A stretch of DNA of 40,553 bases. Source: Candidatus Nanopelagicales bacterium. GTDB lineage: Bacteria; Actinomycetota; Actinomycetes; JBEVHX01. A model generated the notes under the pieces. The model worked only from the letters and a program-made list of their open reading frames with translations. It did not search any database and was not told the origin of the DNA. Of this stretch, positions 1 to 9,581 are shown piece by piece. Each line of letters opens with the position of its first letter. Within the stretch, counting starts at the first letter, position 1. The DNA lies in the NCBI GenBank assembly GCA_040510995.1, contig JBEVHX010000065.1, positions 1 through 40,553 on the forward strand, written 5' to 3'. Position numbers and translations under genes: made by a program.

Positions 1-1
1 G

Positions 2-478
2 GTCGGTGAACGGTTGGCCGCGGCCGGCGTGACCGGTCGGGCCAGCATCGATTTCGCGGCTGCGCGCGAGGGCGCTGGGCGCTGGGCCGTGTATGCCCTC
101 GAAGTCAACCTCCGCAAGGGCGGCACGACGCACCCGTACGCAGCACTTCGCAATCTGGTCCCCGGCCGATACGACCCCCGCGCCGGGACGTGGGTCGCGC
201 GTGACGGCAGTCCGAGGGCGTACGTGTGCACCGACAACCTGCTGGACCCATCGTGGATCGGCATGGAGCCATCGGCATTCTTTGACGCAGTCACGACCGG
301 GGGGTGTCGCTTCGACCACCGCACGGGCACCGGCGTGGTTCTCCACATGCTCTCGGGGCTGGGCATCGACGGGCGGATCGGGCTCACCGCGATTGCCGGC
401 ACTCCCGACCTCGCTCAAGCCCTCTTCGGCCGGGCGTGTGAGCTCGTCGCTGGGGCTGCAGCCTCACGTTCGCTCTGA
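2..478 (+). CDS. C-terminal fragment of an ATP-grasp / PGM1-like peptide-ligase family protein (5' end outside the window)
   Basis: The frame is open to the window edge and stops at 476-478. The motif [15 protein letters not shown] and the overall C-terminal sequence resemble PGM1-type ATP-grasp proteins from memory. Confidence 0.5.
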   Translation, partial: VGERLAAAGVTGRASIDFAAAREGAGRWAVYALEVNLRKGGTTHPYAALRNLVPGRYDPRAGTWVARDGSPRAYVCTDNLLDPSWIGMEPSAFFDAVTTGGCRFDHRTGTGVVLHMLSGLGIDGRIGLTAIAGTPDLAQALFGRACELVAGAAASRSL

Positions 479-494
479 GCCGTACCGTACGAGT

Positions 495-899
495 GTGGCG
501 ACCCTGAACGACGTCTCCCGAATCGCCGCAGCGCTTCCCGAGGTCAGCGAGGGCGACCGCCACGACAACCGGTCATGGTCCGTGGCCGGCAAGGTCTTCG
601 CCTGGGAGCGAGCCTTCCGCAAGGCCGACCTCAAGAGGTTCGGCGAAGCACCTCCACCGGGCGGACCGATCCTCGCCGTTCGTGTGGAGGATCTCGGTGA
701 GAAGGAAGCTGTCCTCGGCGAGGGACGCCCGGGCTTCTTCACGATCCCGCACTTCGACGGTTACCCGGCCGTTCTCATCCAGTTGCGGATCGTGAAGAAG
801 TCTGCGCTGCGCGATGCGCTGGTCGACAGCTGGCTCGCCTGCGCGCCCAGGGCCCTCGCGCAGGAGTTCGTAGCGCGGGATGCGCCGCCAGGAACCTGA
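495..899 (+). CDS. MmcQ/YjbR family DNA-binding protein
   Basis: This is the second half of ORF 93..899. A GTG at 495 is in frame, just after the upstream stop. The sequence ([14 protein letters not shown]...[11 protein letters not shown]...LIQL) is typical of the YjbR fold family. The first 130 codons of the ORF overlap the previous gene in another frame and were trimmed. Confidence 0.65.
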   Translation: MATLNDVSRIAAALPEVSEGDRHDNRSWSVAGKVFAWERAFRKADLKRFGEAPPPGGPILAVRVEDLGEKEAVLGEGRPGFFTIPHFDGYPAVLIQLRIVKKSALRDALVDSWLACAPRALAQEFVARDAPPGT

Positions 900-1021
900 C
901 CAGGTGGAGGAGACCAACCTCGCGGTGTGGCGGCCTACCCACCCGGGACTACCAACCACAGGAGCCAACGTGAACGATGCCCCGAGACACCTGTAAGCGG
1001 TGTCCCGAGAGATCACATGTG

Positions 1022-1090
1022 TGGAGCAGAGGGGATGTGAACCCCTGACGCCTCGATGCGAACTCGGGGCGCGGTCCTCGTTTCAGCCCC
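1022..1090 (-). pseudogene. Decayed tRNA-Ala(CGC)-like copy (tRNA pseudogene or att-site remnant)
   Basis: By hand alignment it is about 85% identical to the 3' two-thirds of the intact tRNA-Ala at 5802..5875, in the same orientation. The anticodon loop TTCGCAT and the acceptor end GGGGCTG/..GCTCC are retained. The D-arm is lost, the anticodon stem no longer pairs, and the T-loop is TTCACAT (A58 lost). It overlaps the stop codon of the LURP-one gene. Confidence 0.6.
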
Positions 1091-1598
1091 GCGTCATCGC
1101 GTCGATGCACACCGTGATCGCCAGCATCAACGCCTCATCCTCTCCGGCTTCGACTTCGACGCCGTAGGAGTCCCTGACCCGGAACCACTTCTTTGACACC
1201 GTCGCTACCGCGTCACCGTCACGCTCGATCTCGTACTCGTGATCGACCAGGTTGCCGTGGGCGCTCAAGTCCGGGCCGCCGTCCACGTCGATCTTGAACC
1301 GGTCGCGCACGCCGACGACGGCCTTGCGCACCGTCGCGTTCCCGCCAGCACGCTCGATCTCCATCGAGTCGCGAACCCGAACCTTGCGCTCCTGGATCTT
1401 GGCAACCTCCCGCCCAGAGGCATCCTCCAGCACGAAGGTGTCCCGGACCCGCACTGCTTTGCCGTCGACCTTGAACGCGCGCCGCCCCGACTCGTCCTCG
1501 ATCCAGTAATCGTCTCCGATCGCCACCAGCTGCTCACGCATCTGAAAGCGCTGAGCCGGCGGGCCGTCGTTCCTCCGACCCCGATCGCGAAGTCCCAT
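1083..1598 (-). CDS. LURP-one-related / DUF567 (tubby C-terminal-like) family protein
   Basis: 171-aa ORF with the repeated beta-strand pattern ...RVRD..., typical of bacterial LURP-one-related proteins. A strong RBS (AGAGGAG) lies 6 nt upstream of the ATG at 1598. Confidence 0.75.
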   Translation of the reverse strand: MGLRDRGRRNDGPPAQRFQMREQLVAIGDDYWIEDESGRRAFKVDGKAVRVRDTFVLEDASGREVAKIQERKVRVRDSMEIERAGGNATVRKAVVGVRDRFKIDVDGGPDLSAHGNLVDHEYEIERDGDAVATVSKKWFRVRDSYGVEVEAGEDEALMLAITVCIDAMTRG

Positions 1599-1867
1599 GA
1601 CAAGCTCCTCTTTGACATTGTCCGACGTCCGCCAGTGTGCGATCCGAAGAGCACGAACACATCACCCGGTCTAGGTGATCCAGCCATGGCCCGAGCAGCA
1701 GTAACCAGAGCAGTCGCGTCGGTGAGACGTTTGTGCCGCACAGTAGTACCACCGCGCCGAGCGCCGGCGCGGCGACCCGCAGCCACTGGGCGTTGCCGGC
1801 GACCCACCGGCCGGCACCACCCAGCGGCTCGCCTGGGCCAGCGCAACCAGCAGGGCGTGCCGATCCT

Positions 1868-2650
1868 CTACTCGACGTCGTCGAGCCGTCGCCTGGGCCG
1901 CGCGTATGTGGGTGATTCCCCCACCAGCCGACGGGCGGCCCAGGTCGCTCGCAGGGTCGACCCGCCGATGGACTGATGGCTGTACTCGTCGGTGACGGCC
2001 AACCTTCCGAAGCCTGCATCGACGAGCGCCCTGCGGACCTGCGCGTCGGTGAAAAAGTACTGTCGATGGTGCTCGCTGAACGTGTCACCGTCGCTGGTCC
2101 GGGTGACGTGGATCCTCGTATCGCAGGTTCGTGCGGGGACGTCCACGGAACTGACAATCGCGAAGTGGTGACCATCCGCGTCGCCTGTGACGACGGCGTT
2201 GGACTCGGCGAAGTCCATCATCGCGTCGGTGTGCAAGTCGAAGACGAGCCAACCGCCGATCCGGAGTCGGCGGGATAAGGCGACGAGGGTGGCGCGCAGC
2301 TGAGCCGGAGTGAGGTAGTTCAGCGCGTCGAATGTGGAAATCGCCGCGTCGAAGACGCCACCAACCGCCAGGTCCGGAAGCGTCCGCTGAATCAAGACCA
2401 CCTTGGGGCCCAGGAGTCGGCGGGCCCGGGCAAGCATCGCGGCCGAGCCGTCCACTCCGACGACGCGGTATCCGAGGGCGACGAGCTCGCGAGCCATCAG
2501 GCCGGTGCCGCAGCCGACGTCCAGCACGGAGCGCACACCGGCCTCGTCCGAGTCCCAGAGCTCGTGGAGGTACGTGGCCCAGCCCTGATAGCAGGGATCA
2601 ACGACAATCTCGTCATAGATCCCAGCCAGCCGTGAATAAGCCTCAGCCAA
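1868..2650 (-). CDS. Class I SAM-dependent methyltransferase
   Basis: SAM-binding motif I is present (VLDVGCGTGLMARELVALGYRVVGVDGS). TTG start at 2650. Confidence 0.85.
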   Translation of the reverse strand: MAEAYSRLAGIYDEIVVDPCYQGWATYLHELWDSDEAGVRSVLDVGCGTGLMARELVALGYRVVGVDGSAAMLARARRLLGPKVVLIQRTLPDLAVGGVFDAAISTFDALNYLTPAQLRATLVALSRRLRIGGWLVFDLHTDAMMDFAESNAVVTGDADGHHFAIVSSVDVPARTCDTRIHVTRTSDGDTFSEHHRQYFFTDAQVRRALVDAGFGRLAVTDEYSHQSIGGSTLRATWAARRLVGESPTYARPRRRLDDVE

Positions 2651-2671
2651 GACGAACCGCCACGGCCCCAG

Positions 2672-2944
2672 TCAGATCCCGAGGATCTTGGCCTTTGCAG
2701 CCGCGAACTCCTCGTCTGAGAGCACCCCCTGACTGTGCAGCTGAGCGAGATCCTGCAGTTTGGCCATCGAGTCGTCCTGCTCCGGTGGTGCCGGCGCAGG
2801 CGGCGGGGCATACACAGGCGCAGCCTGCGGCTGCGCAGCCGGTTGGTCGTACTTGGCGGCCTGGCGACGTGCGACTCGCCCCGACACCGCGGTGGCTGTC
2901 CCGGCGACGACGGCCGTCCGGGTGGCCATGCGTAGAAGTCCCAT
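2672..2944 (-). CDS. SHOCT domain-containing protein
   Basis: The C-terminal sequence LQDLAQLHSQGVLSDEEFAAAKAKILG is a classic SHOCT motif. The linker is Pro/Ala-rich. RBS GAGAGG upstream. Confidence 0.75.
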   Translation of the reverse strand: MGLLRMATRTAVVAGTATAVSGRVARRQAAKYDQPAAQPQAAPVYAPPPAPAPPEQDDSMAKLQDLAQLHSQGVLSDEEFAAAKAKILGI

Positions 2945-2956
2945 CTGATACCTCTC

Positions 2957-2984
2957 TGTTCTTTGATTACTGTTCTTTGATTAC
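2957..2984. repeat. Perfect 14-bp tandem duplication (TGTTCTTTGATTAC x2), AT-rich
   Basis: Read directly from the sequence. It occupies most of the 46-bp spacer between the DUF6325 stop (2991) and the SHOCT start (2944). Confidence 0.9.
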
Positions 2985-2990
2985 TGCGAT

Positions 2991-3407
2991 CTAACCTGCG
3001 GTGACGACGGCCTCGACGACGTCGGCCGGGATGCGGATCTGGTCAATCACGACGGCGTCAGCCGCCCGGCAGGCATCGACAAACTTGGCCGCCCAGACGT
3101 TCTCGAACGCGATCAGCAGCGCTGAGCTGTTCGGCGCAAGGTCGTCGCTGACCTCTTCCGCGTCGTCCGTGCCCAGTGCGCCTGGTTGGGCGACATCAAT
3201 GGCGAGGAAACTGGGACCTGTCTCGGGATCCAGGTCCGACGCCTCGATCGTGGTGACGACGCCGTCCGCGTCCTTCATGACGAAGAGCAGGTCGAGCACG
3301 CGGATGGTGCCGGTGCTCACGAGATCCATCAGCGCTGGGGCGATACGACCCGTGAACTTGTTGCCCGGGAATCCGATGATGACCACGTCGACAGGGCCGA
3401 CTCCCAT
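2991..3407 (-). CDS. DUF6325-like protein (commonly paired with SHOCT proteins)
   Basis: The ORF was trimmed to the internal ATG at 3407, which follows the RBS GAGGAGG. The N-terminus MGVGPVDVVIIGFPGNKFTG is as remembered for this family. Confidence 0.65.
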   Translation of the reverse strand: MGVGPVDVVIIGFPGNKFTGRIAPALMDLVSTGTIRVLDLLFVMKDADGVVTTIEASDLDPETGPSFLAIDVAQPGALGTDDAEEVSDDLAPNSSALLIAFENVWAAKFVDACRAADAVVIDQIRIPADVVEAVVTAG

Positions 3408-3723
3408 GCTGCCTCCTCGTATTAGACGCCTCCACGGCCCAGGCACACCGCCCCGGCCGTGCAAACCCTACTCAGGCAGGTATGAGGTCGTTTGGACAGG
3501 TCGGCGTCGGGCCACGCCAGCCCGGCCCCGCACGACTTCGACCACGCGCCTGCAGCCATGCCAGGCTCACTAGCATCGGTAGATCACGGCTTGTACCGCA
3601 TCCTCCCATCTGGGTGAACCCGACGGTGGCCGCGGCGAACGTCGCGGCGAATCCTTGGTCACGCCCGCCGTGAGGAGGTCTCCCGTGGGGCGCTGCGGAT
3701 GACGCCTCGATGGACTGGGGTGC

Positions 3724-5400
3724 ATGATCAACGCCTCGGGCTGGTCGGAGTACGGTGCGACCATGGGTCAAGCCGAGGTACCTACCCGCACGATCTCAGC
3801 CAAGGCTTCGACCGCACCGCCGGCCGGCTCACCGGGCCCGACATCGGTGTCAGACGTCAGCCAGAATGTGACGTCGCAGCAGGAAGTGGTCCGCCAGCGG
3901 GCCGCCAAGGCGGCAGCGCAGAAGGTGGTTCCGCATCCGAGTCTGGAGGAGCGGCAGACGAAGGGGCGGGTGGCGGCGGCCGAGACCCCGCACGACCGGC
4001 TCTCCGGCTGGGAGCCGGCCTCGGGCCGGGCTGATCCGGTGGCGCTGCTGACTGGACAAGAGACTTCGCGGGTGCAGGAACTGGTTCCGGTGCGGCATGA
4101 GCGGATGGCGGTGACCGCCTTCACCTTCTACCGGGGCGCGGCCCTGGTGATGGCCGCGGACCTTGCGGGATTGCCCCGCAGCGGCCTGGACGTGCAGCTA
4201 TGCGGGGATGCGCATCTGTCCAACTTCGGCCTGTTCGCCGCCCCGGACCGGACGGTGATCTTCGACGTCAACGACTTCGACGAGACCAATCCCGGGCCCT
4301 TCGAGTGGGACGTCAAGAGGCTGGCCACCTCCTTCGTGCTGGCCGCGCGGGACAACGGGCTGCCCGGCAAGGCCGGCCGGGCCGCCGCCGAGGCCGCCAC
4401 CGCCGCCTACCGCCAGGCCATGGCGGCCCTCGCCGGGAAACGCGAGATCGACATCTGGTACGACCGGGTCGACGTCGACAGGCTCGTCGGGGCCGTGCGG
4501 GACCTCCCCGGCGGCAAGGGGAAGTCCCGGGCCAAGAAGAAGGCGAAAGCGGAGGCGACGATCCAGGGGGCCGCGGCGAAGGCCCGGCTGCGCGACGCCT
4601 GGTCGGCGATCGAGAAGATCACCGAAGTTGTGGACGGGCAGCGGCGCTTCCGCGACGACCCCCCGCTGCTGACACGGTTGGACATCGCCCCGGACGCCGC
4701 CGCCCGGATCAACGCACTCTTCCGGGACTACCGGTCGACGCTGCAGGACGACAGGCAGGAACTGCTCAAGCGCTACCAGATCATCGACATGGGTCACAAG
4801 GTCGTTGGGGTCGGCAGTGTCGGGCTGCTGGCGTTCGTGTTGCTGCTGCGCGGTCGCGACGAGAACGACCTGATGGTGCTGCAGGTCAAGCAGGCGCAGG
4901 CCTCGGTCCTGGAGGCCTACACCCGCAAGTCCGGGTACACCAAACATGGCCATCGGGTGGTCACCGGGCAGCGGCTGATGCAGGCGGCCAGTGACTCGTT
5001 CCTCGGCTGGATCGATGGACCCGCCGGCCGCAGTTTCTACGTGCGCCAGCTCCGGGACATGAAGTGGTCACCGGATCCTGCCTCGCTCAACGAGAAGCGG
5101 ATCGGCCCGTACGCGGTGCTGTGCGGTCACACCCTGGCCCGCGCGCACGCCCGCTCCGGTGATGCGGTCGCGATCTCGGCCTATCTGGGGACCGGGAACT
5201 CCTTCGACAAGGCGGTCAGCGCGTTCGCCGAGGCCTACGCCGACCAGACGGAGCTTGACTTCGCGGAGTTCACCGCCGCCATCGCCGACGGGGCGCTCAG
5301 CGCCCACGAAGACGCCGGTGGCGCCGAGGGCATCCGCGCAGCGCAGGCGCTGAACAATGGCCCGGCCAAGCGGAAGCGCACCGCCAAGCAACCGACCTGA
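3724..5400 (+). CDS. DUF2252 domain-containing protein
   Basis: The conserved core is present (FYRGAALVMAADLA...LCGDAHLSNFGLF...FDVNDFDET). The start is uncertain (ATG 3724 or ATG 3763). Confidence 0.85.
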   Translation: MINASGWSEYGATMGQAEVPTRTISAKASTAPPAGSPGPTSVSDVSQNVTSQQEVVRQRAAKAAAQKVVPHPSLEERQTKGRVAAAETPHDRLSGWEPASGRADPVALLTGQETSRVQELVPVRHERMAVTAFTFYRGAALVMAADLAGLPRSGLDVQLCGDAHLSNFGLFAAPDRTVIFDVNDFDETNPGPFEWDVKRLATSFVLAARDNGLPGKAGRAAAEAATAAYRQAMAALAGKREIDIWYDRVDVDRLVGAVRDLPGGKGKSRAKKKAKAEATIQGAAAKARLRDAWSAIEKITEVVDGQRRFRDDPPLLTRLDIAPDAAARINALFRDYRSTLQDDRQELLKRYQIIDMGHKVVGVGSVGLLAFVLLLRGRDENDLMVLQVKQAQASVLEAYTRKSGYTKHGHRVVTGQRLMQAASDSFLGWIDGPAGRSFYVRQLRDMKWSPDPASLNEKRIGPYAVLCGHTLARAHARSGDAVAISAYLGTGNSFDKAVSAFAEAYADQTELDFAEFTAAIADGALSAHEDAGGAEGIRAAQALNNGPAKRKRTAKQPT

Positions 5401-5433
5401 AGTCCTTGTGTCCTCAGGCGCGCCAAGGACTTC
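5399..5433 (+). terminator. Hairpin overlapping the DUF2252 stop codon (10-bp stem GAAGTCCTTG/CAAGGACTTC, 15-nt loop)
   Basis: The inverted repeat was read directly. There is no T-tract, so terminator function is only inferred. Confidence 0.35.
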
Positions 5434-5799
5434 ACGAGATCGGGCACCCGAGCCACGTCAAGCGTCCGGAAAGGACGCTTCGGAAATACGTAGGGTCGAT
5501 GAGACCCAGTGAAGCGGTCTTTCGGGCCGGCGGCCCAGCACGACCCCGCCCATTACTTCGCTCAGAGCCAGCCCACCGCGCACGCCGCCGACTGAACCAT
5601 CGGGTTCATGAAGGCTCGGGGTGCGAGGGTCCCACCCCGCTCCGTCATGGCATCACTCCGGTCGCAGGTCGTCGGCGAGGGCGCCTGCTCAGTCTCATTC
5701 TGGTGCAATTCCTGGTGCATTTCCTGTGTCGGGCTCGTTCGAGGAAGTCGTAGAGTCGGCCGAAGGTTGCTTCGTTTCCCCAAAAAGCGCTCTGACCAG

Positions 5800-5875
<76 letters not shown>

Positions 5876-5982
5876 TGGACCGGCGACGAGGATAGCAAGG
5901 CGGACGGGCCCCGCCCGAATTCCGCCGCTGTTGTGCGCTGCGCGCACAGCCCGTTGGCGAATCCCAGACGGCCCGGGAAGTG

Positions 5983-6867
5983 TCAGTCGCCAACCGCTCG
6001 ACGACGGTCGGGGCGCACGTCGCCGCGCTGCGGGGTGGCCGGGTCCACGATCTCCTCGCGCTCGGAGGCGGCGGCTTCCCCTTCGAGCTCAGGCAGGTCG
6101 AAGTCCTCCTGCTCCTCGGCGGAGGCGTGACGAGAAGCCCACGCTCCCGGCTTCGTCAGGTCGATCACCCGCACCGGCACGGTGGCCGTCGGTGCGGTGA
6201 CATACGTCGGGAGTGGGACCGGGACGGGCTGCCAGAACTGGTCGCCGTCGCTGAGCAACGCCGCGGGTTGCTCCACCATGCCGAGGACCTCCGGCGCCGG
6301 CGCCGTGGGCAGGTGCTGCGCCGGGTGAGCCGCCACGGCTGCGTACGCCGGGAGGTACCTGGCTCGATACGCGTCGTCGGCGAAGCGGCGCCTGGCCCGC
6401 AGCCGTGCCGCGTCGTGCCGGCGAGCGCGGTCCGCCACCCGCTTGGCCTCCGCGCGGAGGTGCACCAGGTAGGCAACGACCAGTACGACGGGGACGGCCA
6501 CGGCATACATCGGCAGATAACCGAACCACGCGACCGTCCCGACCGCGACAGTCATCAGCATGAGCACGATGAGCGTGCGTCGGCGGCGCGCGGCCACCAC
6601 CGCGGCCGACGAGCGTTCCGGCGTCCGGGCGGGGCGACCCTGGACAGTGATGTCCGGTCGTTGGGCGCGTGCGGGCATGACAACTTCCCGGCGACCGACA
6701 TTGCCGCCGGCTCCCGCGTCATCGTGACGACGTGACAGAACCCGCATCGCGGTCGTGAACCGGTCCATCGAGTTCGCCTCCGATGCTTCGTCGTGCCGAC
6801 GCACCCACATCGGCAGGAGGACGACGGCCCACATGAGCACGAGTGCGCCGTAGATCAGCCCATTCAC
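5983..6867 (-). CDS. glpR: Divisome membrane protein SepX/GlpR family
   Basis: The N-terminal TM segment is followed by RFTTAMRVLSRR, and there is a second TM region. Its position next to the GNAT and MoeA-like (glp) genes matches the conserved actinobacterial synteny (Mtb Rv0994-Rv0996). GTG start at 6867. Confidence 0.65.
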   Translation of the reverse strand: MNGLIYGALVLMWAVVLLPMWVRRHDEASEANSMDRFTTAMRVLSRRHDDAGAGGNVGRREVVMPARAQRPDITVQGRPARTPERSSAAVVAARRRRTLIVLMLMTVAVGTVAWFGYLPMYAVAVPVVLVVAYLVHLRAEAKRVADRARRHDAARLRARRRFADDAYRARYLPAYAAVAAHPAQHLPTAPAPEVLGMVEQPAALLSDGDQFWQPVPVPLPTYVTAPTATVPVRVIDLTKPGAWASRHASAEEQEDFDLPELEGEAAASEREEIVDPATPQRGDVRPDRRRAVGD

Positions 6868-6943
6868 GCCTCGAACGCTAGGCCCGGCGCCCGGTCACGT
6901 TGGGGACGCGAGCCGGTGTGTCGCTGTGCTTGACAGAGCGCGT

Positions 6944-7552
6944 CTACTGAGCCGGTCGGCGCGACGCCTGCCAACGCGCCAGCAGGCCATTGGATGGGAG
7001 TTCTTCCAGGGTCATGGCGTACACGCGGTGGTCGCGCCAGGCCCCGTCGATGTGCAGGAATCGTGGCCGCATTCCTTCATCGCGGAAGCCCAACTTCTCC
7101 ACCACTCGGATGCTCGCCGCATTCTCGGGTCGGATGCAGATCTCCAGCCGATGTAGCCCGAGAGTCTGCATCGCGTAGTCCCCGGCCAACGCGACTGCGG
7201 TCGGCATCACGCCGCGGCCTGCATACGCCTGGTCGACCCAGTAGCCGACGCTCGCCGACCGCAGCGACCCACGGATGATGTTGTTGACAGTGCACTGCCC
7301 GACGAGTGCGCCGTCGTATGTGACCACGAACGGCAGCATGCGTCCCGCTCTTGCTTCGCTGCTCACGTGGCGGACCATCGCCGCAAAGGACGGCGGTGGG
7401 GAGGTCGGGGTCTCGGGTGACGTGGCGTCCCACGGACGCAGCCAGTCGACGTTGCGTGCCCGGACGCTCCGCCACGCCGACATGTCCCGCAGCCTGATCG
7501 GTCGCAGTCCGACCGGACCTGCCTCGAGATGGACGGGCCAGCCGGTGCTCAT
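6944..7552 (-). CDS. GNAT family N-acetyltransferase (RimJ-like)
   Basis: GNAT motif A is present (QAYAGRGVMPTAVALAGDYA), with overall RimJ-like length and synteny. Confidence 0.85.
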   Translation of the reverse strand: MSTGWPVHLEAGPVGLRPIRLRDMSAWRSVRARNVDWLRPWDATSPETPTSPPPSFAAMVRHVSSEARAGRMLPFVVTYDGALVGQCTVNNIIRGSLRSASVGYWVDQAYAGRGVMPTAVALAGDYAMQTLGLHRLEICIRPENAASIRVVEKLGFRDEGMRPRFLHIDGAWRDHRVYAMTLEELPSNGLLARWQASRRPAQ

Positions 7553-7577
7553 CCTGGACGCCGATGGCCGCGGACGA

Positions 7578-8813
7578 TCACCGCCGCCGCTCCAGGACCA
7601 TCACCGCCGCCGGGTCACCCGCGCCCAGCCAGGTCGATGCCTCCGGCACGGCGACCAGCGCATCGGATGAGGCCAGTCGCGCGAGGGAGTGACCCGCTGG
7701 AGGACCGCCATCATTGTCGACGATCGGGGTCACGACGTACCGGCCCTCCTCGACGCCGAGACGTGCGCACACGAAGTCGCGCAGCCCCGGATCGGAGCGA
7801 ATGTCTGCCTTGAGCACAGCATCGACCGCCGGCCTGTGCACCGGGTCTGCGCCAAGCATCACGCGGATGACGGGCCGCACGAAGATCTCGAACGAGACCG
7901 CGATCCCGAACGCGTCGTCCGAGAGCGCGAAGATCGGGGTCGAGTCGGGGCCGATGACTCCGAAGCCCTGCACCGCGCCGGGTCGCATGGCGACCCGAAC
8001 GAAGGCCACCTTGCCGAGTCGGCTCAGCACCTCCCGCACGAGCGTCTGAGACTGCTCATGCCGGCCGGCTGTGACGAGAACCAGGTCGGCACGGATGAGC
8101 TGGTCCTCGATCGTGTCGGCCAGTCGGCGGGGGTCGTCGGGCACGATCCCGACGCGGTATGCGATGGCGCCACTGGCGCGCACCGCCGTGGTCAACAGGT
8201 AGCTGCCGGCGTCGACGCGCTGTCCGATCGACAACGGCTGACCCGGCTCGACCAGGTCGGGACCGACCGAGAGCACGACGACCCGCGGTCGCGGTCGCAC
8301 CAGAACCTGCTCTCGACCGAGGGCGGCCAGTAGGCCGATGTGCGAGGGCTCGATCCGGGTGCCGGCATCGAGCATCACCTGCCCGGCCGTCGCCTCCATT
8401 CCGCGAGTCAGCAGGTGCGCGCCCGCAGCCACCGGCCGTCGCACGCGGACCGCGACCACGCCGACGTCGGTCTCTGCACCCGGCACTACCGCGTCGGCCC
8501 CGGTGGGCAGCGGCTCATCAACACAGATCCGCGCGCTGGCACCGGGCGGCACGTAGGGCACACCGTAGGCGCCGGAAGCGACGTCCCCGATGACCGGCAG
8601 CCGGACGGGGGCTCTGCTGGATGCGCTCGCGACATCCGCCGCGCGTACTGCGTAGCCGTCCACGGTCGCGGCGTCGTACATGGGGATGTCCCGACCGGCG
8701 ACCACGGGCTCGGCCAGCAAACCTCCCTGCGCCTCGAGCAGCTGCAGCTCGATCGGCGACAGCGGCCGCACGTGCTCGAGACAGTGGGTCAGATGCTCCT
8801 CGACCGTCCTCAT
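7578..8813 (-). CDS. glp: MoeA-family / gephyrin-like molybdotransferase homolog (Glp-type)
   Basis: The 626-aa ORF was trimmed to MRTVEEHL (ATG at 8813), giving 411 aa, a typical MoeA length. The MoeA N-terminal motif is present (DGYAVRAADV). The usual GGVSxGexD motif is replaced by TAGRHEQSQT. Confidence 0.8.
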   Translation of the reverse strand: MRTVEEHLTHCLEHVRPLSPIELQLLEAQGGLLAEPVVAGRDIPMYDAATVDGYAVRAADVASASSRAPVRLPVIGDVASGAYGVPYVPPGASARICVDEPLPTGADAVVPGAETDVGVVAVRVRRPVAAGAHLLTRGMEATAGQVMLDAGTRIEPSHIGLLAALGREQVLVRPRPRVVVLSVGPDLVEPGQPLSIGQRVDAGSYLLTTAVRASGAIAYRVGIVPDDPRRLADTIEDQLIRADLVLVTAGRHEQSQTLVREVLSRLGKVAFVRVAMRPGAVQGFGVIGPDSTPIFALSDDAFGIAVSFEIFVRPVIRVMLGADPVHRPAVDAVLKADIRSDPGLRDFVCARLGVEEGRYVVTPIVDNDGGPPAGHSLARLASSDALVAVPEASTWLGAGDPAAVMVLERRR

Positions 8814-8894
8814 GGGCTCCTCGTCCGCACAAGCGTCACGCGGTTGCTCGCACGCTCGGCCGCGTTCAGCGCCACGATAGGCGTCTACGCCAGG

Positions 8895-9518
8895 ATGGTC
8901 GCTGTGCCGGGCCGGGCGGACGCGACGCGCCGGAAGGCGGACCTGCGGCGGTTGGTCCGCGATCGACGCGCCGCCGCACATCTCGAGCGCACATCGGCTG
9001 CTGCCATCGCCATCACCCAGCAGGTTCTTACGCTTCCCGAGACGGCATCGGCCGGCATGGTCGCCGCATACGTGGCCTATGGCAGCGAGCCACCCACCGA
9101 GCTGCTGCTCCAAGAATTGCTCGCGCGTGGCACCCGGGTTCTGCTGCCGGTCCTCCTGCCTGACCTCGACCTCGACTGGGCAGCCTATGAGACGACGCGA
9201 ATGGTTGCCGGGCTGCGCCAGGCCCTTGAGCCGGCCGGCCCACGCCTGACGCCGGCCGCCATCATTGACGTCGACCTCGTGGTCGTGCCCGCCCTCGCGG
9301 TGGCGCGAGACGGCGCGCGGCTCGGGCAGGGCGGCGGGTCCTACGACCGGGCACTGGCCCGTAACCAGGGCGGCCTCGTGGTGGCCTTGCTGTGGTCCGG
9401 GGTCGAGTTGCTCGACGCGGGTGAGGTTCCCACGGACGAGTGGGACCGCCCGGTGCACGTCGTTGTCACTCCGGACGAGGTCATCCGACTGCGTCCAGCG
9501 CGTCCTGTGCCCGGTTGA
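8895..9518 (+). CDS. 5-formyltetrahydrofolate cyclo-ligase
   Basis: The C-terminal motif is present (VVVPALAVARDGARLGQGGGSYDR). ATG at 8895 was chosen because it does not overlap the divergent glp gene. Confidence 0.8.
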   Translation: MVAVPGRADATRRKADLRRLVRDRRAAAHLERTSAAAIAITQQVLTLPETASAGMVAAYVAYGSEPPTELLLQELLARGTRVLLPVLLPDLDLDWAAYETTRMVAGLRQALEPAGPRLTPAAIIDVDLVVVPALAVARDGARLGQGGGSYDRALARNQGGLVVALLWSGVELLDAGEVPTDEWDRPVHVVVTPDEVIRLRPARPVPG

Positions 9519-9581
9519 CTAGGTTGTGCCCAGCACGACCGACCTTGCGCGACCCCCGCGCCAGCTCGAGGAGGCCGCGCC

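Noticed and set aside
93-494. 5' part of ORF 93..899
   Set aside because: It overlaps the ATP-grasp CDS in another frame and is Arg/Ser/Thr-rich. The YjbR-like homology begins only after the GTG at 495.
3408-3723. 316-bp divergent intergenic region upstream of the DUF2252 gene, considered as a possible riboswitch or ncRNA
   Set aside because: I could not recognise any known riboswitch core (ydaO, SAM, TPP, cobalamin and similar) by eye. Only small generic hairpins are present. An Infernal scan is needed before any claim.
8814-9458. N-terminal 215-codon extension of the MoeA-like ORF (626 aa as drawn in the track)
   Set aside because: The extension overlaps the divergent 5-formyl-THF cyclo-ligase gene and has shadow-ORF composition. 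MRTVEEHL at 8813 gives a canonical MoeA length.
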